From a virus (lineage: Duplodnaviria > Caudoviricetes), in the IMG/VR virus record IMGVR_UViG_3300047552_000028, positions 1 through 24,967 of that record: 24,967 nt of DNA; one strand, written 5' to 3'. Each line of letters opens with the position of its first letter. Position 1 is the stretch's first letter. A model generated the notes under the pieces. It was given only the letters and a program-made list of their open reading frames with translations. It did no database searches and had not been told where the DNA came from. The position numbers were made by a program, and so were the translations under genes. Shown here piece by piece: positions 1 to 6,766 of this stretch.

Positions 1-108
1 GAACGTGAGGCCTGCGCAAAGGTGTGTGAGAACGAATGGTCAACTTTGGCTGAGAGAAAGTACGGGGATGAGTGTGCAGATGCCATCCGAGCAAGGGGCC
101 AAGCATGA
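1..108 (+). CDS. 3' end of phage hypothetical protein with EREACAKVCE...CADAIRAR module (partial)
   Basis: Frame 1 is open from base 1: EREACAKVCENEWSTLAERKYGDECADAIRARGQA*. Its TGA overlaps the next ATG (ATGA). Paralogous to 3139-3234. Confidence 0.8.
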   Translation, partial: EREACAKVCENEWSTLAERKYGDECADAIRARGQA

Positions 109-212
109 CACACGAAAAAGCAATGCAAATATTGGACAAAGTACGTGAAGGCGTAGCTTATCCACAACATATCATTGATGAGGCACTAAGGTTAACTGGT
201 GACTTGGACTAA
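105..212 (+). CDS. small hypothetical protein, 35 aa (not in ORF track)
   Basis: MTHEKAMQILDKVREGVAYPQHIIDEALRLTGDLD*; ATGA-coupled to the upstream stop and fills the gap to the next gene. Confidence 0.7.
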   Translation: MTHEKAMQILDKVREGVAYPQHIIDEALRLTGDLD

Positions 213-224
213 GGGTTTTTACGA

Positions 225-437
225 ATGGCATACGACAGAAAACAGCGATCTAATGACGGTGACAGATACCAAATCGAACTTGGCGAAGCGCGACTTTTGT
301 ACGGCACTTGGCAAGCGACAAAGCAAAGCGTTTTAACCAAAGAGCGAATTGAGTATTTGGAAAAGCGCTTGGGATATGGATCATCACAGCGCATACGACA
401 ACTGATGCACAAACTACGAACAGGAGAATTGGAATGA
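225..437 (+). CDS. hypothetical protein, 70 aa
   Basis: ORF track; stop overlaps the next start (ATGA). Confidence 0.65.
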   Translation: MAYDRKQRSNDGDRYQIELGEARLLYGTWQATKQSVLTKERIEYLEKRLGYGSSQRIRQLMHKLRTGELE

Positions 438-832
438 GTAAACACACGCCGGGGCCGTGGTTCATCTGGAAAGAGCGCGCAATGCAGCAAGAGGGGCTTG
501 AACCCGATGAAATTGCGTTTGAATTGCTGGGATACGACGACTTCGATGTAATGTCAGGCATACCCAAAGGCGAGATCACACGGGGCAGAATCACTGGATG
601 CCAGACGGTTGTAACGCTTGAGGCCGATGAATTTGGCGACGATGAAGATTCTGGTCGTCTTATTGCGCTCGCCAACGCCCGCCTGATATCCGCAGCGCCA
701 GATTTGCTGGAGGCATTACGTTGGTATATTGAAAACGATGATGTTTACGAAATGGATGGCAATGAATTTTGGCTTGAAGGACGAGAACGTGCTCGTATTG
801 CTGTAAACAAAGCAACTGGAGAGCAAGCATGA
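434..832 (+). CDS. phage hypothetical protein (HTPGPW...ANARLIxAAPDLLEAL type)
   Basis: N-terminal KHTPGPW and internal ANARLISAAPDLLEAL motifs common in phage accessory proteins; AGGAG SD; coupled at both ends. Confidence 0.8.
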   Translation: MSKHTPGPWFIWKERAMQQEGLEPDEIAFELLGYDDFDVMSGIPKGEITRGRITGCQTVVTLEADEFGDDEDSGRLIALANARLISAAPDLLEALRWYIENDDVYEMDGNEFWLEGRERARIAVNKATGEQA

Positions 833-1038
833 GCCAAGGCGATATGTGGATGACAAAAGATGGCCGCAAAGGTCTTGAGATTCGCCGCAATGACAAAGAA
901 CTGCTGTTGTCGTTGATGCGTGATGACTGGCCGTGGCCTGATTTCCCAGTGTGGTTTAACAAGTCAGATTGCACTAAGCAGCCAAGTCGCTATCACGGCA
1001 ATCAAGTTTTGGAAGAAGTCGGTGAGGCTTTGCTGTGA
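829..1038 (+). CDS. hypothetical protein, 69 aa
   Basis: GGAG SD; ATGA and GTGA overlaps with both neighbours. Confidence 0.7.
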   Translation: MSQGDMWMTKDGRKGLEIRRNDKELLLSLMRDDWPWPDFPVWFNKSDCTKQPSRYHGNQVLEEVGEALL

Positions 1039-1451
1039 AACAAGTCATTGGAATTGACCCAGGAGTCAACACGGGGACTGCTTTTTACACAAATGGAAAA
1101 TTGCTTCTTTTACAAACCATTGAGCCAATTGACATCCAGTCATTCATCTTGACAAGTGAGGCTGATTTGATAGTGTTTGAAGACAGCCGATTGCAAAGCA
1201 AAGTGTGGATTCCGTCTGGAAATAAAGCTGTTGCAAACAACATTGCCAGAAAAATTGGTCAGGTTGATGCTCTTTGTTCAATCATCCAAGAAACTTGTGA
1301 ACGCTATGACATCAAATATATGCGCGTAAGCCCAAAAGCAAAAGGCGCAAAGATGAAAGCTGAGCCGTTCAATGAGTTGACTGGATGGTCTGGAAAGTCA
1401 AACCAACATGAACGTGATGCGGCAATAGTGGCTTGGCAGTTAAGAGGCTAA
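1035..1451 (+). CDS. RuvC-like Holliday junction resolvase / RNase H-fold nuclease
   Basis: N-terminal VIGIDPG, central VFED, V-S-P, C-terminal HERDAA: the acidic catalytic pattern of the RuvC family. GTG start with GAGG SD. Confidence 0.8.
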   Translation: MKQVIGIDPGVNTGTAFYTNGKLLLLQTIEPIDIQSFILTSEADLIVFEDSRLQSKVWIPSGNKAVANNIARKIGQVDALCSIIQETCERYDIKYMRVSPKAKGAKMKAEPFNELTGWSGKSNQHERDAAIVAWQLRG

Positions 1452-1452
1452 T

Positions 1453-1869
1453 GTGAAAGTTACTCTATACAACGCACAACAGGCGCACACTGTCCTGAAA
1501 GATGTTTGGGCAAAAGCCAAGCCTTACTTGATGGCAGGAAACAAGCTGGTGCTGACGATTGAAGAACAAAAGCGAAGTGCAGAGCAAAACGCTTTGATGT
1601 GGAGCGTATTGTCTGATCTTTCAAAGCAGGTCAAATGGCATGGAGAAACGCTAACCAAAGAGGACTACAAAGATTTGCTGACTGCTGGACTGAAAAAACA
1701 GCGAGCTATTCCAGGCATTGATGGTGGGTTTGTTGTACTTGGATCGTCAACCAGCAAGATGACAAAAGGCGAAATGTCTGACTTGATAACATTAGCTCAC
1801 GCATTTGGTGACGAGCGTGGAGTGAAATGGTCGCCTACAAGTATCGGAGAGTTCAATGATGTTTCCTAA
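1453..1869 (+). CDS. ninB: NinB/Orf-family recombination protein
   Basis: RSAEQNALMW..L.DLSKQV.WHG..L..EDYKDL and PGIDGGFVVLG.STSKM...EMSDLI...AFG match lambda NinB-family motifs. Confidence 0.88.
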   Translation: MKVTLYNAQQAHTVLKDVWAKAKPYLMAGNKLVLTIEEQKRSAEQNALMWSVLSDLSKQVKWHGETLTKEDYKDLLTAGLKKQRAIPGIDGGFVVLGSSTSKMTKGEMSDLITLAHAFGDERGVKWSPTSIGEFNDVS

Positions 1870-2185
1870 GCACGATTACGTCAGGAGCAAAGAACTTCTG
1901 CGTAATGCAAGAGAGATTCCATGCCAGCACTGTGGAGCTGATGACGGAACAGTAGTGGCCGCACATACCAATTGGGGACACGGCAAAGGCAGAGGAATCA
2001 AGGCTGATGACAACATGATTGCCAGCTTATGCTTTTACTGTCACAGCCAGATTGACCAGGGATCAGGTCTATCAAAAGAAGAACGCAAAAAAATCTGGGG
2101 TGATGCCCATGACAAGACAGTAGAAAAGTTAACAAAACTTGGTCTATGGCCTGAAGATGTGCCAAAACATAAGGGTTTGTCCTAA
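1856..2185 (+). CDS. putative Zn-binding HNH-like nuclease (DUF1364/DUF968-like)
   Basis: PCQHCG...VVAAH..GHGKGRGIKADD...LCFYCH..ID; two CxxC pairs; usual position after ninB. Confidence 0.75.
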   Translation: MMFPKHDYVRSKELLRNAREIPCQHCGADDGTVVAAHTNWGHGKGRGIKADDNMIASLCFYCHSQIDQGSGLSKEERKKIWGDAHDKTVEKLTKLGLWPEDVPKHKGLS

Positions 2186-2239
2186 TACAAATCTGTGGCG
2201 AAGTGGCACACAATAGAGGCTCACTAACCAAGGAACTGT
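2169..2239 (+). promoter_or_regulatory. putative promoter/leader cassette (18-bp motif, -10 CACAAT, SD AAGGA)
   Basis: ATAAGGGTTTGTCCTAAT (2169-2186), CACAAT (2209-2214), AACCAAGGAA before ATG 2240. Same layout on the minus strand at 4798-4867. Confidence 0.5.
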
Positions 2240-2473
2240 ATGACTCAATACGAATTCTTCACCACACTGAACGGCGCACCAATCACCGTTTATCTCAAAG
2301 TTCTGACTGAAACTGACGAAGGCGGAACACACACTGAGCTTGGCCTTGAATCTGTTTTCTTTGATGGAACAGACATCACGCCAGTTCTTTCCAAAGAAAC
2401 ACAAATTGAACTCGAAATGGAAGCTGAACTTGGCTTCTGGGAGTCTGTATGGGAGTCCAGCAATGGCTACTAA
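2240..2473 (+). CDS. acidic hypothetical protein, 77 aa
   Basis: Strong AAGGA SD; ORF track. Confidence 0.75.
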   Translation: MTQYEFFTTLNGAPITVYLKVLTETDEGGTHTELGLESVFFDGTDITPVLSKETQIELEMEAELGFWESVWESSNGY

Positions 2474-2747
2474 TTTTCAAGGAAAAAACCCTTTTATTAA
2501 GGGCTACACATTCACAGCAAAACCTGAAGTTCCAAAAAAATCCAAAGGAACAACTGGACTTGATAGTGAATTCACCAGACTGATCTCAAGCGATGAAGCC
2601 TTGGTGATTCCTGAAGACGACTTTGACAAAGTAAGACGAACATTTGATCGGTTTTGCAAAAACAATCAAATCACTGGTGAATACAGCTTTCGCAGAAGGA
2701 AAGACCATCGTCTGAAAACTTACACAATCTGGCTGGATAAAAAATGA
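2463..2747 (+). CDS. hypothetical protein, 94 aa (start revised from 2340)
   Basis: GGGAG SD upstream of ATG 2463 (MATNFQGK...); avoids a long overlap with the previous gene; ATGA-coupled to the next. Confidence 0.7.
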   Translation: MATNFQGKNPFIKGYTFTAKPEVPKKSKGTTGLDSEFTRLISSDEALVIPEDDFDKVRRTFDRFCKNNQITGEYSFRRRKDHRLKTYTIWLDKK

Positions 2748-2977
2748 ATATCACAATCTACACCAAAAGCGGCTGTCCAAACTGCGTGACAGCAAAGCAA
2801 CTGCTCAAGTCCAAGGGGCTGGAGTACGAGGAAAAGAACTTGGACAACATTGATCGCTGGGTTGAATTCCAGCTTTGCTATCCAGAGGCTCGACAAATGC
2901 CTCAAATATTTATTCGCAGTCAACGTGTCGGCGGTCTGGATGGACTGCAAGCAGCATTGAAGCAGGTGGGGTTATGA
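2744..2977 (+). CDS. glutaredoxin (Grx/NrdH-like)
   Basis: ITIYTKSGCPNC active site, MPQIF cis-Pro motif, VGG; 77 aa. Confidence 0.92.
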   Translation: MNITIYTKSGCPNCVTAKQLLKSKGLEYEEKNLDNIDRWVEFQLCYPEARQMPQIFIRSQRVGGLDGLQAALKQVGL

Positions 2978-3528
2978 GAAACACCATAGACATGGCGATT
3001 GATGCAGGGCTACTACCTTGTTCTGGGATAGATCACAACGATCTAAAGGCTTTTGAAGCCCTTGTCCGTGCTGATGAGCGCAACCGCACATGGACACAAG
3101 AGCACTGGACTGAATACGAACAAGCCATTGTGCAAGCCGAACGTGAGGCGTGTGCGAAGGTATGTGAGAACGAATGGTCAAACGTGGCCGAACGCATGTA
3201 CGGGCAGGAATGCGCCGCCGCCATCCGAGCAAGACTGGAGCAGCCAGAGCAGGAGCCTGTGGCGCTGCATGCAATGGCAAAACGCCGGGTCTTTGATGCG
3301 ATCCGTGGTGCATACGACCTTGGCTACAACGATGCCAGAAACGCCCAAGCGATCCCCGGCGACTCTGCACCCGGCTACAAAGGCCGGGACGTTGAAGCGG
3401 ATCACGGAAACGCTCTTATGCACGCGCTTGAACGCTACACCATCCCACCCGCAGCACAACCAGCACCTGTGCAGGAAGAAAATCTTTACGACCTTGCTAT
3501 GAAGGCAGATAACGGAGGACAGCCATGA
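2974..3528 (+). CDS. modular phage hypothetical protein, 184 aa (start revised from 2875)
   Basis: ATGA overlap with the glutaredoxin stop; contains the EREACAKVCE module and QEPVA/QPAPVQE linkers. Confidence 0.75.
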   Translation: MRNTIDMAIDAGLLPCSGIDHNDLKAFEALVRADERNRTWTQEHWTEYEQAIVQAEREACAKVCENEWSNVAERMYGQECAAAIRARLEQPEQEPVALHAMAKRRVFDAIRGAYDLGYNDARNAQAIPGDSAPGYKGRDVEADHGNALMHALERYTIPPAAQPAPVQEENLYDLAMKADNGGQP

Positions 3529-4147
3529 CTGACAAACAACTACTGGAGCTGGCGCTGAAGGCGTTGGAGGGGATGGACATTTTGTTTTCGCCTTTGTCGC
3601 GAGACTGCACCCAACACAACGCAGTTGACAGAGCCAGAAAAGCCATCACCGCCATCAAGCAAGCCCTTGCAGACTCTGCACTCGACCGCATGGCTGAGAA
3701 TGCCCGTGAGTTGGGGTTGGACTATGAGCCTGCGCAGGAGCCGGTGGTTACCAAGACGGAAAAAGGAATTGTTTTGCACACCGGATGGGATGACTTACCA
3801 GCAGGCACAAAACTATACGCCGCAGCACAGCCAACTACCGAGGAATCCTCGGCAGTTGCAACACCTGTGCAGGAGCCTGTGGGTTTCATGAACGCAGGGC
3901 ACGTCCATGAGATGCAGCAGGGGCGCTTGCCTTACGGCTACGTTTACCCCAAAGGCGGAAATGGAGCATCTGTTGCGGTTTACACCGCCCCACTCACACA
4001 GCCAGCACAGCAGAAGCCAGTGGCGTGGGTGCGTGAGCATGAATTGCCGCTTGTGCCGGGTGATGCCTTCAGTTGGGTGGAAACATTTGTTCATAAAACG
4101 CCCCTCTACACCACCCCACCCTCAGCACAGCCAGCACCTGTGCAGGA
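3435..4147 (+). repeat. 42-bp direct repeat (3435-3476 and 4106-4147, 39/42 identical) plus shorter CAGGAGCC(T/G)GTGG junction repeats
   Basis: CTACACCA(T/C)CCCACCC(G/T)CAGCACA(A/G)CCAGCACCTGTGCAGGA read directly; shorter copies near 3250, 3729, 3862, 3997. Confidence 0.85.
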
Positions 4148-4250
4148 GCCTATTGAAGACTTCAAAAAACGCCTTGCAGCAGCTATTGATGCAATGCCTT
4201 TTGGAGATACAGCAGCCAGCTTTGCAGTTTTTATTAGGAATTTTAAATGA
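3525..4250 (+). CDS. modular phage hypothetical protein with repeated Q(E/K)PV...(L/V)Y units (Eaa/Ead-like accessory protein)
   Basis: GGAGG SD, ATGA coupling, four QEPV/QKPV/QEPI linkers. Confidence 0.8.
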   Translation: MTDKQLLELALKALEGMDILFSPLSRDCTQHNAVDRARKAITAIKQALADSALDRMAENARELGLDYEPAQEPVVTKTEKGIVLHTGWDDLPAGTKLYAAAQPTTEESSAVATPVQEPVGFMNAGHVHEMQQGRLPYGYVYPKGGNGASVAVYTAPLTQPAQQKPVAWVREHELPLVPGDAFSWVETFVHKTPLYTTPPSAQPAPVQEPIEDFKKRLAAAIDAMPFGDTAASFAVFIRNFK

Positions 4251-4705
4251 GGAAGTCTTGCAAACGTAAGGTTTACGCACTTGTAAACCCTATTTCAATG
4301 GCTATTGAAGGTGCTTGCGTTACTGACGAACAACGCCTGGAGCAACTTGCAAGTCGTGAGCTTCAGGCAATCCAAGACATGACAACAGGTAAAGGCACAC
4401 TAAAAACGTAACAAGACCTTGTTGATATGAATAACGTCTGTCAGACAATGGGGCGTAACGGAATTGGCCCTGAGTGCCTAGTGGACTGCATGATGGCTGA
4501 ACTGGAGCTTAAAACAGCCGCTAAACGCTACGAAAAGACCAAGAAGATGGGATTGACCGCCCAAGGCATCAAGTCAATCAAAGAAGTTTATGAATGGCAC
4601 AATCTCCAGCGTAAGAGCATTAGCCGATCGGAATACGAAGCCCAAATAAAAATGACCCTGAGCAAGTTACGCTCAAGGTCAAAAGAAGTTGAAGTGTTGA
4701 ATTAA
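4247..4705 (+). pseudogene. phage protein interrupted by an in-frame TAA at 4409-4411
   Basis: ATG 4247 (ATGA-coupled) reads MRKSCKRKVYALVNPI...GKGTLKT*QDLVDMNNVCQ..., in frame with the listed 4427-4705 ORF, which has no SD of its own. Confidence 0.72.
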
Positions 4706-4797
4706 ATCAGCACATCAAACCAGGCAAGTGCAAATCCCGCCAGAACGATACCCAATCCGATGGCGAGGGTCAAGTCAGCAAATTTCTCTTTAGTCAT
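4702..4797 (-). CDS. 31-aa single-pass membrane peptide (not in ORF track)
   Basis: MTKEKFADLTLAIGLGIVLAGFALAWFDVLI*; AAGGA SD; -10-like GATAAT at 4829-4824; stop overlaps the convergent stop. Confidence 0.72.
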   Translation of the reverse strand: MTKEKFADLTLAIGLGIVLAGFALAWFDVLI

Positions 4798-4923
4798 ACG
4801 ATTCCTTGGTTGTTGATGGCTCAATTATCAAGCTATTTGCAAAAAAAGCATTGGTATAAACCCCAATACACAATTGGTCAAAAGTGTGCTAGTGTAGTAA
4901 AATGACGCCAACTGGAGAACACT
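4798..4923. promoter_or_regulatory. divergent promoter region, including a candidate rightward late promoter
   Basis: Rightward TGGTCA(4875)-N17-TAAAAT(4898); leftward GATAAT; ATTGG-N8-CCAAT inverted repeat (4850-4867) between them; GGAG SD before 4924. Confidence 0.55.
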
Positions 4924-5283
4924 ATGGCTGGTTTGCTTGGTACAGGACTTGAAATCTCTATTGAGATTGAGGAAGCTGAAGAATCAAAATTTGACGAGGC
5001 TGAGAACGCCAAAACCGTCAAATACATGGAAGAAACGCAGATGTTTGGGCCAAAAGACCCAAGCAAGCCTTCTAGCGACTTCTGGCGAGACCTCGCAAAT
5101 TACTGGCGAATTGCCCCAGATCAGGCCAAGCGAAAACTGTGCTCTAACTGCGAATACGGTGACGACAGCCCAGAGTGCAAAGAAATGTACGGTGATGAAG
5201 CTATCTACTGTAAGAAATTTGAATTCGTCTGTGGCGAAGGAAAAACCTGCAAACGTTGGGAATCTAACCATGAAGCTGAATAA
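4924..5283 (+). CDS. Cys-rich hypothetical protein (metal/Fe-S binding candidate) with MAGLL N-terminus
   Basis: GGAG SD; CSNC...C...YCKKFEFVC.....C..W; acidic N-terminal half. Confidence 0.75.
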   Translation: MAGLLGTGLEISIEIEEAEESKFDEAENAKTVKYMEETQMFGPKDPSKPSSDFWRDLANYWRIAPDQAKRKLCSNCEYGDDSPECKEMYGDEAIYCKKFEFVCGEGKTCKRWESNHEAE

Positions 5284-5440
5284 AGTCGGTCAAGCCAAAG
5301 TCGGCAAGGTCATGGGTGAATTCAAAGACAAGGGCTTGCACTCTGGTAAGGGTGGCCCTGTGGTTAAGAGCCGTGACCAGGCTATCGCTATCGCTTTGAG
5401 CGAAGCTGCCAAAAAAATGGGCAAGTACAAGGGGAAATAA
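5270..5440 (+). CDS. small basic protein, DUF6496-like, 56 aa (start revised from 4937)
   Basis: KVGKVMGEFK...LHSG..GPVVKSRDQAIAIALSEA motif. The upstream extension overlaps the Cys-rich gene in another frame. Confidence 0.75.
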   Translation: MKLNKVGQAKVGKVMGEFKDKGLHSGKGGPVVKSRDQAIAIALSEAAKKMGKYKGK

Positions 5441-5441
5441 G

Positions 5442-6371
5442 ATGGCTGGATTGCTTGGTGATATCTTTAGCGCTGGTAACGTAGCAAAGCGAAAGCTGGC
5501 TGATTTGCTTGGCAATCCAGTATTGAGCGCACAGCAATTTGTCGGCAATATCAACGACAAGGCGCGAAACCTGAACGAGCTGACAGCAGCCGCAGCCAAA
5601 GAAGGAGTGAATTACGGCCCAAAAAGCCAGCAGTTGGCTGGATTGCTGGCTGAGGGTTATAACCCAATGGGTTTGACTGTCTATCACGGTAGTCCTGCCA
5701 AGTTCAGCAAGTTTGACCCAACAAAGATTGGATCTGGTGAAGGCGCTCAGGCTTATGGCTATGGTCACTATGTTGCTCAAAGTCCTGATGTTGCAAAAAG
5801 CTATGCTGGTGCAGGTACAACAAAAGGTGGGGCTGCTTTTGAGCAAAAAATGCTGCGTCAAATGGAAAAAGCGCAAGATGCTGGCAGATATGGCGAAGCT
5901 GGTGCTCTTGAAGAATTGCTTGTAAATAGAAATCCAATTACTGCAAAGCAAAAATTCAGTGTTGAGAATGGATATAGTCCAGCTACTGTAAAACAAGCTC
6001 ATGAGGCAATTGATAAACTTGGCGATGTATTTATGCCAGGACAAATTTATCAGGTTGATTTGCCAGATGAGCAAATTGCAAAAATGATTAATTGGGATAA
6101 GCCAATCAAAGAGCAATCCCAAGAGATTCAAAATGTAGCAAAAAGCCTTGGCCTTGAGATGGATGATCTTGGTGGCGATATCATTGCAAGAATGGATGCA
6201 AAACGACCTGAAGGCGCTGAAAAGCTACGCCAAGCAGGTATTCCAGGCATCCAATACTATGACGCTCAAAGCCGTGGTGGTCAGCCAGCAACTACCCAAA
6301 ACTTTGTAGTCTTCCCTGGTAACGAAGATTTGCTTACAATCCTCAAACGCAACGGTGGATTGCTAGATTAA
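5442..6371 (+). CDS. ADP-ribosyltransferase-like protein (ART-PolyVal-type domain of phage polyvalent proteins)
   Basis: VYHGS...F.KFD...IGSGEG.QAYG.G.Y.A.S..VA..YA, then IY.V.L, L..AG..GI.Y.D and NFVVF. Confidence 0.68.
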   Translation: MAGLLGDIFSAGNVAKRKLADLLGNPVLSAQQFVGNINDKARNLNELTAAAAKEGVNYGPKSQQLAGLLAEGYNPMGLTVYHGSPAKFSKFDPTKIGSGEGAQAYGYGHYVAQSPDVAKSYAGAGTTKGGAAFEQKMLRQMEKAQDAGRYGEAGALEELLVNRNPITAKQKFSVENGYSPATVKQAHEAIDKLGDVFMPGQIYQVDLPDEQIAKMINWDKPIKEQSQEIQNVAKSLGLEMDDLGGDIIARMDAKRPEGAEKLRQAGIPGIQYYDAQSRGGQPATTQNFVVFPGNEDLLTILKRNGGLLD

Positions 6372-6376
6372 CAACT

Positions 6377-6421
6377 TGCAGATGTAAGTCTGCACAACCT
6401 TGACCAACCTACGGGAGTCAA
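6377..6421 (+). promoter_or_regulatory. two tandem RNA hairpins upstream of terS
   Basis: TGCAGAT-GTAA-GTCTGCA (6377-6394) and TTGAC-CAA-CC-TACG-GG-A-GTCAA (6400-6421), the latter covering a GGGAG SD-like sequence. Confidence 0.5.
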
Positions 6422-6427
6422 AACCAA

Positions 6428-6766
6428 ATGAATAAATTACGGCAAGAAAGCCCAGAGTTTCAAGCTCGCAAAGGCAGAGGAAGGCCTCCAGGCGCGCTTA
6501 ATAAGGCCACCAAGACGTTTAGAGAGACAGTTAGTAGGTTGCTAGAGGATAACGCTGAAAACGTCTCTAAATGGCTCACAGAGGTTGCCGAAGGAAGTGT
6601 CGAGAAAGAACTGAAAGCAGACCCCAAAGCTGCTTTGACACTTCTGGCTCAAATGGCTGAATACGCTACTCCAAAGCTCAATCGCACTGAGGTGACTGGA
6701 GATGGTGGTGGGCCAGTTGAAGTTACTGGTATCACAATCAATCTGAAAAAGCCTGATGAATCTTGA
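6428..6766 (+). CDS. terS: terminase small subunit (probable)
   Basis: Immediately upstream of and overlapping terL; GRPPGALNK N-terminus, EY..PKL and EVTG.GGGPV C-terminal motif typical of TerS. Confidence 0.75.
   Translation: MNKLRQESPEFQARKGRGRPPGALNKATKTFRETVSRLLEDNAENVSKWLTEVAEGSVEKELKADPKAALTLLAQMAEYATPKLNRTEVTGDGGGPVEVTGITINLKKPDES

Noticed and set aside
1-3234. Repeat pair 1-96 / 3139-3234 as a DGR template/variable repeat
   Set aside because: Mismatches are largely third-position and involve all bases, not adenine-specific. Both copies are coding and no reverse transcriptase is in the window.
3241-4150. QEPV linker repeats as a CRISPR array
   Set aside because: Repeats are degenerate and in-frame coding, spacing is long and irregular (~130-270 bp), and there are no cas genes.
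4409-4411. Stop-codon reassignment (alternative genetic code)
   Set aside because: Only one interrupted gene. TAA and TGA terminate core genes normally and the large structural ORFs are intact under the standard code.
4937-5269. N-terminal extension of the listed 167-aa ORF as an overlapping gene
   Set aside because: It lies in an alternative frame of the Cys-rich gene; the recognisable family motif begins only at ATG 5270.
5388-6131. 247-aa minus-strand ORF
   Set aside because: Antisense shadow of the ART-like gene; no SD or recognisable motif.
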